The position numbers were made by a program, and so were the translations under genes. Shown in pieces: positions 26,887 through 34,234 of a DNA stretch of 64,000 nt. Under the pieces are notes generated by a model. The model worked only from the letters and a program-made list of their open reading frames with translations. It ran no database searches and had not been told where the DNA came from. Location of the stretch: sequence record PP496438.1; one strand, written 5' to 3'. Within the stretch, counting starts at the first letter, position 1; the number at the start of each line of letters is the position of its first letter.

Positions 26887-28971
26887 ATGAAATCCGTGAA
26901 CCCCATCTTCAAACACGTTCCCCAGTTCGACTGGCCTGTCATTCCCCGTGCGCAGTGGGAAGAGATCATCAAGGGAAAAGAGCATGTGATGTTCGACTCC
27001 TTCTCGCAGCTCGCTCAGGTGCTGGCTATCCCGGTGAGCAGTTACCAGTTCTACTTCGAAGATGGGTCCACGTTGTTCGCCGGTCCCGAAGCAACCTTCA
27101 CCGCCGCCCCCTATCCGTTGTATCAGGATCTGGAATTCGTCCTGACCCCGGATGAGACGTTGGTGCCGGGTCTTGCACTGGATACCAAACCGTGGGGCCT
27201 GTACACCGACGAATGGGTGGACAACTACGAAGGTGCGGACAAGGAAGACATCGGCAACAAGACCGGGTTCGAATTCATTCCGCTGTCGGACGCTTTGAAA
27301 CTGGTGGTCCTCAACACGGAGACCATGCAGCTCCAGTACACTGCAATCGAGAGCTTCACGTACGACGGCGTGACTTACGTATACCTGCTGGCCGATGGCG
27401 TGTGCTGGGTACTGGCGGGCAAGTCCGGTGGTCTGGTTGCCAGCGAGCATGACAAAGGCGCGGCGTTCATCATGGTGTCCCATCCCGAGTTCGCCGGGTG
27501 CAGCGTAGACAACATGTACCCAAGTGAGTTCGGTGAAGCGGAAGCGACGTTCTACGTTCAAGACGAGGAACACAATTACCTGGACGCGGCTAACCGCATC
27601 TTCGAGGAAGCCAAGGACGTAGGCGCTGGCACGTTCCTGACCATTGAGACCGGTGATGGATTGCCGACCGCGCTGGCGTACAACCTGCGGTACAGTGATG
27701 TGGCCCACGTTAATCTGCCGATGCACAACATCCACCAGTTCACTTCTCTTCACGTACGACTGGGTGAGACGCCTAACTTCTCCGAGGCCCCGGAAGCGTG
27801 CCGCATGAAAGAGGTGATGGAGTATCTGGCGGACCCTGAGTCCCCGGTAGATCATTACTGGTCGGCCATCATGGTACTGGAGAAGAACTTCCCCGGTTTC
27901 GCCGACGCCCTGAAAGACTCCAGTGTCCCGACCCGTGACATCGTGCACTCCAAACAGGCGTTCAGCTTGGAGATCGATCGCCAGTTCGGCAAGGAAGTGG
28001 CAAGCAAGATCGGGCTGAACACTGGCGTATTCGCTCAAGTGAAAGACCGTGATGAATGGCTGGTACGCAAACACGAGTTCCCTACCGATAAGGTGGCCGT
28101 CAAGTACAACACCAAACACTTCATCGGCATCTTCGACAAGGACGAGGTATCGAAGTCCATCAACATGTGGCTGGCTGGTCAACCCGGAGAGTCGCTGATG
28201 ATCGAAGAGTACTTCGGTGAGGGCAATCAGGAATTCAACCTGTGCTACGTGATCAACGAAGATTTCGTGCAGCCGACGCTGTTCCTGTGCGAAGTCAACA
28301 AGATCCTCAGCAATGACACCGGCGGCAAAGGTGGCAACACGCTGGCCTGCCATGATGCTCGTATTAACAAGTACCCTGAGTTCTTCGAGCCGGTCAATAA
28401 TGCGCTTGCTAACCTGCATGAGCACGTGGAAGGTGTGAAGGGCTGGGTTGACCTGAGCTTCATGGTTCGCGACGGTATCCCATACTTCACAGAGTGGTGC
28501 ATTCGCATCGGCTGCTCCAACAACGCCACCATCGTGCGCCAGATGGAGACCCCGCTCGACGTCCTGTTGACTAACGTGGTCAACAAGGTGCATACCGAGC
28601 TGTCTTGGAAACACTCCATGTCTGTCAGCGTGGACATCTACAGCATGCCGCTATCCGCAGGCAACGACGCCAACATGCAGTTCACCGACTCGCTGACCAC
28701 TCCGGTAGAGATGGTGTCCCCGCTCAATCTGGAACTGGCGGCGGAGAGTTTCTTCGACCCGATTGATTCGGCCTGGAACGCGGTGTACGACGGCTACATC
28801 GTCGAGGCGTATAATCGCTATGGCACCGTCTCGGGGTACTCCACCAACTGGAACTTCGCCTGCAATGCGGCGTATAATCACTTGAAAGATCAGTCGGTGT
28901 TGTACGGAGCGTACCGCGAAGCGCCTGCCCACCATGACCCACTGACTCTGTTCCCTTTCCTCAAGGCGTAA
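26887..28971 (+). CDS. PurD/GARS-like ATP-grasp ligase with ~245-aa N-terminal extension
   Basis: SLEIDRQFGKEVASKIGL (cf. LEGSKAFTKDFL), MIEEYF, EVNKILSNDTGGKGGNT (cf. DHKR..DGDTGPNTGGMG), FTEWCIRIG (cf. IEFNCRFG). Confidence 0.7.
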   Translation: MKSVNPIFKHVPQFDWPVIPRAQWEEIIKGKEHVMFDSFSQLAQVLAIPVSSYQFYFEDGSTLFAGPEATFTAAPYPLYQDLEFVLTPDETLVPGLALDTKPWGLYTDEWVDNYEGADKEDIGNKTGFEFIPLSDALKLVVLNTETMQLQYTAIESFTYDGVTYVYLLADGVCWVLAGKSGGLVASEHDKGAAFIMVSHPEFAGCSVDNMYPSEFGEAEATFYVQDEEHNYLDAANRIFEEAKDVGAGTFLTIETGDGLPTALAYNLRYSDVAHVNLPMHNIHQFTSLHVRLGETPNFSEAPEACRMKEVMEYLADPESPVDHYWSAIMVLEKNFPGFADALKDSSVPTRDIVHSKQAFSLEIDRQFGKEVASKIGLNTGVFAQVKDRDEWLVRKHEFPTDKVAVKYNTKHFIGIFDKDEVSKSINMWLAGQPGESLMIEEYFGEGNQEFNLCYVINEDFVQPTLFLCEVNKILSNDTGGKGGNTLACHDARINKYPEFFEPVNNALANLHEHVEGVKGWVDLSFMVRDGIPYFTEWCIRIGCSNNATIVRQMETPLDVLLTNVVNKVHTELSWKHSMSVSVDIYSMPLSAGNDANMQFTDSLTTPVEMVSPLNLELAAESFFDPIDSAWNAVYDGYIVEAYNRYGTVSGYSTNWNFACNAAYNHLKDQSVLYGAYREAPAHHDPLTLFPFLKA

Positions 28972-28974
28972 TCC

Positions 28975-30135
28975 ATGAGCACTCCATTCCAAGAGTTCAC
29001 CCTAGAGGGGTGGATTCAACATATGAATCAGGATCAAATCTGGAAGCGGTACGCCAACGATCATCCTAACAGGGTTGAGTTCAGCCCTGTTTGGCGTGAC
29101 GAGATGTATCGGTTGATGGTACAGTTCAAAGAGCTGCTGCCGATGTCGTTCTCCAATCCGGTGTACGGCTTCACCGAAGGCTATCTGGAAGGGTTCGGAC
29201 TCCAGCCTTTCTACGGCGATGATCCTTTCAATCCGATGGTTCAGCCTCTTAGCCATCCTCTGGTTCACGTGGGCTTCCCACTCACACTGGACGAGATCGT
29301 AGCGAGCGTGCGGGACTGGCAGTCCCTGAGCGATCACCTGGGGCGTCCGCAACTGGTCGATACATTCGAGCCGGTTTCACTGCTAGCGCGCAACCTGTAC
29401 GAGCCTAACGCGCTGCTGGCCGTACGGAACAAGGAAGAGATCGTGATGAACGGGGGCACGCCCGCGAACTACTTCCTCTGGCTGAATAGCCCGGTCACCG
29501 AACTCAAAGACGACTTCGACGTTTATCTGGCCAGCCTGACCAAGAAGCGCCGCTACAAAGTGAAGCAGGCGTTGGCGACGGTAGGCACCGAAGAGAATCC
29601 CCGGATCAGCGTCAGCACCGGGTCTCGTTTCGGCGAAGGGCTGTTGTCCGATCAGGTGGACAGCATCCTTGCTACGTTCGAAGATCCAGTGGACATCGAG
29701 TGCATGCTTCTTCAGTTGCTATTCGGGGTTGCAACCTGCAATACCCATCCGCATCTTGTCGATCTGGTGTGTGCAGACCAGCAGTTGGGGATCTTCATCA
29801 AGCGTAACGGCCACACGATGAACTTCCTCTACAACCGCGACCCGGACAACCGCGCTGATTCAGGCATAAACCTGCTTACCCAGTACGTGCGCCATCTGCA
29901 CATGAACCGACCGGAAGGTGTTATGTACGTGGACCCGACATGCCGATATCGGCCTGACGAGGACAGTATGAACACCTACAAGCGGGTGATCACCAACGAG
30001 AACCGGTATCACCCAATGCCGTTCGTCTCGGCTGACCCTGCGCACATCGAAGGTGTGCTTACCCCGGCGTTCATTGCAGGCCATTGGCAGATGTCGGCGT
30101 CCAACGGACCGGCCAACCCCGAGATGATGGAGTAA
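28975..30135 (+). CDS. Fem/BioF2-type GNAT-fold protein 4
   Basis: FDVYLASLTKKRRYKVKQAL (characteristic helix) and terminal YVDP...NTYKRVI. Confidence 0.55.
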   Translation: MSTPFQEFTLEGWIQHMNQDQIWKRYANDHPNRVEFSPVWRDEMYRLMVQFKELLPMSFSNPVYGFTEGYLEGFGLQPFYGDDPFNPMVQPLSHPLVHVGFPLTLDEIVASVRDWQSLSDHLGRPQLVDTFEPVSLLARNLYEPNALLAVRNKEEIVMNGGTPANYFLWLNSPVTELKDDFDVYLASLTKKRRYKVKQALATVGTEENPRISVSTGSRFGEGLLSDQVDSILATFEDPVDIECMLLQLLFGVATCNTHPHLVDLVCADQQLGIFIKRNGHTMNFLYNRDPDNRADSGINLLTQYVRHLHMNRPEGVMYVDPTCRYRPDEDSMNTYKRVITNENRYHPMPFVSADPAHIEGVLTPAFIAGHWQMSASNGPANPEMME

Positions 30136-30137
30136 CC

Positions 30138-31085
30138 ATGGCAAAGTCCAAAATGAGACGGTTGGCGATCAACCACATCTATGACTTCTACCCGTTGTAT
30201 CAGGTGATGTACGGGCGTGGCATGGAGACCAAAGCGTTCGAGGTATCCAAGTTCGCCAAGATGGTTATGGACTTCGAAGCCTCGACCAGTACTCGCCGGA
30301 AGTGGGACGTGCTGGAGCCCTTCAGCGGTATCAGTGAACACGAACACTTCTTCGCTGCGACCGGCCTGAACATCGAGCACTACACCGGCATGGACATTGT
30401 GGTTCCAGATGGGGCCACGAACGTCATTCAAGGGGACATCATCACCGACACCCTTCCGTTTCACGTCAACGCAGTGTTCGCCTTCTACTACAGCTTGCAG
30501 AATGTACGGGACGCGGCGACCGGCATGCACACGCGGGCCAAGCTGGTGGAGTTCTTCGACAACATCATTGGTCATCTGCAAGTAAATGCGAACAAGAGCC
30601 GTATGCCCGCAGTGTTCGCGTTCCACCTTGACCAGCCTGAAGATCCTAATTACTATCTGACGTCCCGTGCCGACGTTGGAGGTGAACAGTCATGGACTGC
30701 ACCCGCGTGTGGTCTGCTCGGGCAGTGGGTCAAGTGCAAGCCGACTGACACTCTGGAAGTCAAGTGCAATCTGGATACCTGGTACAACCGCGTGCAGTGC
30801 ACAGCGTATGATCAGGCAGAGGACATTCAGATTCTGGTAAATGGGAAAGTAACCGCTGTCGTAGACATCGAGCAGCCGTTCACCCATCGGGTCTGGACCG
30901 AGCATGAGGTCATCGATATCCTGCGGGGTCTGGACTACAATCTGCACTTCCACATGTACAACGGCACCCTCTCCAATTACGACTTCTTGATGACCCGGCT
31001 GGACGACAAGCCCGTTCCCGGCGATGAAGAGTCTAATACTAATCAGATGACAACTGATATGTTGGTTGTCGTTAATCCGAGGTAA
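30138..31085 (+). CDS. Class I SAM-dependent methyltransferase 1
   Basis: Start moved to 30138 (RBS GGAG). VLEPFSG (motif I variant), YTGMDI, VIQGDI, VNAVFAFYYSL. Confidence 0.7.
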   Translation: MAKSKMRRLAINHIYDFYPLYQVMYGRGMETKAFEVSKFAKMVMDFEASTSTRRKWDVLEPFSGISEHEHFFAATGLNIEHYTGMDIVVPDGATNVIQGDIITDTLPFHVNAVFAFYYSLQNVRDAATGMHTRAKLVEFFDNIIGHLQVNANKSRMPAVFAFHLDQPEDPNYYLTSRADVGGEQSWTAPACGLLGQWVKCKPTDTLEVKCNLDTWYNRVQCTAYDQAEDIQILVNGKVTAVVDIEQPFTHRVWTEHEVIDILRGLDYNLHFHMYNGTLSNYDFLMTRLDDKPVPGDEESNTNQMTTDMLVVVNPR

Positions 31086-31087
31086 GC

Positions 31088-32005
31088 ATGGCTAAGCCCA
31101 AGGTTCCAACCAAGACGATCCCCACGTTGTACCAAGACTGGGGATTGTACAGCGCCATCTGCGAACTGCCGCAGGAGACGATGCTGATGATGTCGCGCTT
31201 CGTGGCAGACCGAACCATTGAGCACGCTGAGCGTATCGATCAGGTAATGGTCGAGATCATGGAACCCTTCAGCGGCCCAATCCCGTATTACGAGCCAGAC
31301 ATCCGCAGCTTCCTGACCCGCGCTAAGCTTGATCTGTACACGTACGATCACGTCGAATACCTGGATCACGGCAAACTGTCGGAAGACAACGGCATCATCA
31401 TCGGTGACATTACCACCATCGATCTGAAGCAGAAGTACGACGTCATCTACGGCAGTTACGGCAGCTTGGCCTGCCTGCTGCTGGATCAGACGCACAACAA
31501 AGCGTACGAAAAGTCGCACGCGGCGCTGGTCAACATCCGCAACCACCTGAAACCCAACGGCATCTTCATCCTGAACGCCAACGGGTCCAGTGAGAGCCTA
31601 CTGAACAACCTGCTGAACTCCGATGAGCCGGATCAGGAGATTCGCGTTCGTCCGGGATCGCAGCTTGGCAAGAAGTTCGGCATCAAGCCGGACAGCAACG
31701 CGCTGCTTCGCTTCACCTATCACGTGGAGTACGACCGACGCACCACCTGCACCATGTGCCACTACAGCGATATGGTGCTGTCTGTAAATGGGGTTGACAT
31801 CCAGCGCTGGGAGGTGGAATCCCCGACGTATCTTGCTCCGCTGGACGAACCCGAACTAATTCGAATGGCAGGTATGGCTGGTTTCAATCTGGACAACACT
31901 GAGTTCTACGGATTGGACACCACCGGTTATCCTGCCTTCTTCAAAATGGATACGGTCTGCGACGGGTCATGGTCACCCGCCGAGTTCGTAGTCTTTCGCA
32001 CCTAA
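31088..32005 (+). CDS. Class I SAM-dependent methyltransferase 2 (small-molecule N-methyltransferase-like)
   Basis: IMEPFSG, IIGDITTIDLKQKYDVIYGSYGSL, ALVNIRNHLKPNGIFIL, beta-sheet lid insert, ELIRMAGMAGF. Confidence 0.8.
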   Translation: MAKPKVPTKTIPTLYQDWGLYSAICELPQETMLMMSRFVADRTIEHAERIDQVMVEIMEPFSGPIPYYEPDIRSFLTRAKLDLYTYDHVEYLDHGKLSEDNGIIIGDITTIDLKQKYDVIYGSYGSLACLLLDQTHNKAYEKSHAALVNIRNHLKPNGIFILNANGSSESLLNNLLNSDEPDQEIRVRPGSQLGKKFGIKPDSNALLRFTYHVEYDRRTTCTMCHYSDMVLSVNGVDIQRWEVESPTYLAPLDEPELIRMAGMAGFNLDNTEFYGLDTTGYPAFFKMDTVCDGSWSPAEFVVFRT

Positions 32006-32015
32006 CGAGGTTCCT

Positions 32016-33251
32016 ATGAGCGTTATCATCCCCACCGTAGCGATGGAGAGTGGTCAGCCAGACATGATCATTCAAGGCTGTTCCACTGGTCGCGTCTCTA
32101 TGGCCGAGCCTAACGAGAGCGCCAAACCCAAGTCTTCCAAGAAGCTGTACGAACGTGAAGACCTGATGGCGTACGACAGCGAGTCGGAGCACTGGCAGAA
32201 GCAGTTGGCCCGCCGCTACGCTCACCATGGTGAGATGGTCGGTGTGTTGAACAACGTCGAGGTGGTGCCGGAAGCCACCTACCAGAACTTCGACATGAAG
32301 ATCACTCCGTACACCGCGCAGTTGATGGATCAGAACGACCCCAACTGCCCGATTCGTCTGCAGTACATGCCGACCAACAAAGAGCTGGAGTCGATTCAGC
32401 GTGAAGAGACCATGCACAACGAGCTGGGCGAGGAAGAGGACACCGTCCCCGGTACCTCGGTCGTGCACCGCTACCCGCGCCGCGTCTTGTTCCTGACCAC
32501 CACCCAGTGCGCTAGCTTCTGCCGTTACTGCACCCGTGCACGCATCGTCTCTCACGGCGGTGAAGCGGCTATCACCAAGAAGCACCTGGACGCCAGCATC
32601 GACTACATCGCCTCGAACAAGGACATAGAAGACGTGTTGCTGTCCGGCGGTGACCCGTTCATCCTGCCAGACAACAAGCTCGACGAGATCCTCGGTCGTA
32701 TCCGCGCCGAAGCACCTCACGTTCGCTTCCTGCGTATTGGTAGCCGACTGCCGGTACAGATGCCGACTCGTATCACTCCAGAGCTGTGCGAGATTCTGGA
32801 ACGCCACAACGTCAACATGGTCAACATCCATGTGAACCACCCGAAAGAGGTCACCCCACTGCTGGCCTCCCGGATGAAGATGTTGCGCAAAGCTGGCGTG
32901 ATGATCGGTAATCAGGCGGTCCTCCTGAAAGGCGTGAACGACTCCATCGAGGTGATGACCGAGCTGTGCTTGCGCATGGTCGAGATGGGTGTGCGTCCGT
33001 ACTACGTCTACTCCAACGATCCGGTTGCGCAGGCCGCACACTTCACCGTCTCGCTCCGTGATATGCTGGACATCAACGAAGGCATGCGTGGCTTCCTGTC
33101 CGGCCCGGCAATGCCCACCTTCGTGGTGGACGGCGTGGGTGGCTTGGGCAAGATGCCCGTGCAGAAAGAGTATGTGACAGTACTGGGGAGTGGTAAGATC
33201 TGGGCCACCAACTTCGAAGGAATGACCACTCGCATGCCCCATCTGGAGTAA
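32016..33251 (+). CDS. kamA: Lysine 2,3-aminomutase family radical SAM/PLP enzyme
   Basis: CPIRLQYMP, HRYPRRVLF, CASFCRYC (CxxxCxxC), LLSGGDP, RIGSRLPV, HVNHPKE, NQAVLLKGVND, RPYY, GGLGKMPV (PLP Lys). Confidence 0.92.
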   Translation: MSVIIPTVAMESGQPDMIIQGCSTGRVSMAEPNESAKPKSSKKLYEREDLMAYDSESEHWQKQLARRYAHHGEMVGVLNNVEVVPEATYQNFDMKITPYTAQLMDQNDPNCPIRLQYMPTNKELESIQREETMHNELGEEEDTVPGTSVVHRYPRRVLFLTTTQCASFCRYCTRARIVSHGGEAAITKKHLDASIDYIASNKDIEDVLLSGGDPFILPDNKLDEILGRIRAEAPHVRFLRIGSRLPVQMPTRITPELCEILERHNVNMVNIHVNHPKEVTPLLASRMKMLRKAGVMIGNQAVLLKGVNDSIEVMTELCLRMVEMGVRPYYVYSNDPVAQAAHFTVSLRDMLDINEGMRGFLSGPAMPTFVVDGVGGLGKMPVQKEYVTVLGSGKIWATNFEGMTTRMPHLE

Positions 33252-33314
33252 GCGGCACAGACACTCCCTAGTTCCAGTGTACAAGCTTCAAACGCCCCAT
33301 TTGCGCTAGGTCCT

Positions 33315-33320
33315 GTAAAT
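33315..33320 (+). promoter_or_regulatory. GTAAAT element embedded in a hairpin arm
   Basis: CCCCATTT (33295-33302) pairs with AAATGGGG (33317-33324); 87 nt upstream of 33402. Confidence 0.5.
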
Positions 33321-33401
33321 GGGGTTGCTTATCAGCGTTGCAATGTGTTACGCTGGATTGGACCCATATTATTCCGATAACCGAACCACCGAGGTATCAC
33401 C

Positions 33402-33833
33402 ATGAGCTTCTCCGTAACCGTAGCTGCACAGACCATCGCTGCCCCCGAGTCGCTGGGTAGCCCGAAAGGCATCAGCGTCCTCGAAGCCAACGAAGGCTTT
33501 GCTGTCATCGAATTCCAACGTCCTCGCGCCTCGAAGCGTGACCAGATCGCCGTCCCTCGCGTCCAGATCCTTTCCCTGAGCCACGGCAGCGCCGACGGCG
33601 ACAGCGGTTACCTGATCGCTCAAGGCATGGCCGGTGTGGCCGACGAATTCGAAGCCGCAAGCTTCACCATCGAAGGCAACGTTGCCACTTTCGTGACCGC
33701 TGAAGGCGCCACCATCGAAACCGACGCACGTCTGACCCGTATCCTCGCTTACGGCGTGGAAGAGGGAGAAAACAGCCTGCTGGGTAAGCCGGAAAAGAAA
33801 GTAAAACCGAAAGCAAGCACCAAGAAGAAGTAA
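33402..33833 (+). CDS. Hypothetical, probably highly expressed protein with Lys-rich tail
   Basis: RBS GAGG, strong C-ending codon bias, own promoter motif and terminator. Confidence 0.7.
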   Translation: MSFSVTVAAQTIAAPESLGSPKGISVLEANEGFAVIEFQRPRASKRDQIAVPRVQILSLSHGSADGDSGYLIAQGMAGVADEFEAASFTIEGNVATFVTAEGATIETDARLTRILAYGVEEGENSLLGKPEKKVKPKASTKKK

Positions 33834-33862
33834 TCAACACGGCCCGCGCCGGTTGAACTAAG

Positions 33863-33894
33863 AAAAAGCCCCTTCCGTTTGGTTGGGGCTTTTT
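33863..33894. terminator. Intrinsic terminator (bidirectional form)
   Basis: AAAAAGCCCC-12 nt-GGGGCTTTTT. Confidence 0.8.
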
Positions 33895-33913
33895 CGTTAT
33901 ACCGAGGTGTCCC

Positions 33914-34234
33914 ATGGCTAAAGACAGATTCCTGATCTACTCCAAAAACTGCTTAGGGTGTAAACACCTCGTTGATGGAGCCAAGAAGACCTACACTGCG
34001 TGTCACTACAGTGAAGGCAACGAACGCTGCCCCGCGCAGTACGTCCAGATTATTACGGGTGTGGATATCCATGCCTTGGCTACTGAGTTGGCAGACGCCA
34101 TCAGGGCTAACAATTCCAAGAAGTACGATCGGGTGAATGCCAAGATCGGTAAATTGGACACTGTGATTGCCAGTAGTGTGAAGCTGGCCGCAGATAACCT
34201 AATAGTAGGGGCCGGTGATGGCGAAGGTAAATAG
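33914..34234 (+). CDS. Hypothetical Cys/His-containing protein
   Basis: CLGCKH...CHY..C; RBS GAGG. Confidence 0.6.
   Translation: MAKDRFLIYSKNCLGCKHLVDGAKKTYTACHYSEGNERCPAQYVQIITGVDIHALATELADAIRANNSKKYDRVNAKIGKLDTVIASSVKLAADNLIVGAGDGEGK

Noticed and set aside
26584-28614. 676-aa antisense ORF, and other long antisense ORFs (e.g. 1475-2620, 18434-19834, 31941-33284)
   Set aside because: They shadow genes with clear motifs; strong third-position codon bias depletes stops on the opposite strand, and the translations have no protein-like motifs
30837-31789. GTAAAT copies inside the two methyltransferase genes (30837, 31784; the latter shares CTGTAAATGGGGTTG with 33313)
   Set aside because: Both encode a homologous V-N-G turn, so protein constraint explains them; not counted as promoters, though internal promoters remain possible
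32016-33251. EF-P beta-lysylation (EpmB) role
   Set aside because: No EpmA-like class II aaRS or efp nearby; context points to ATP-grasp/GNAT partners
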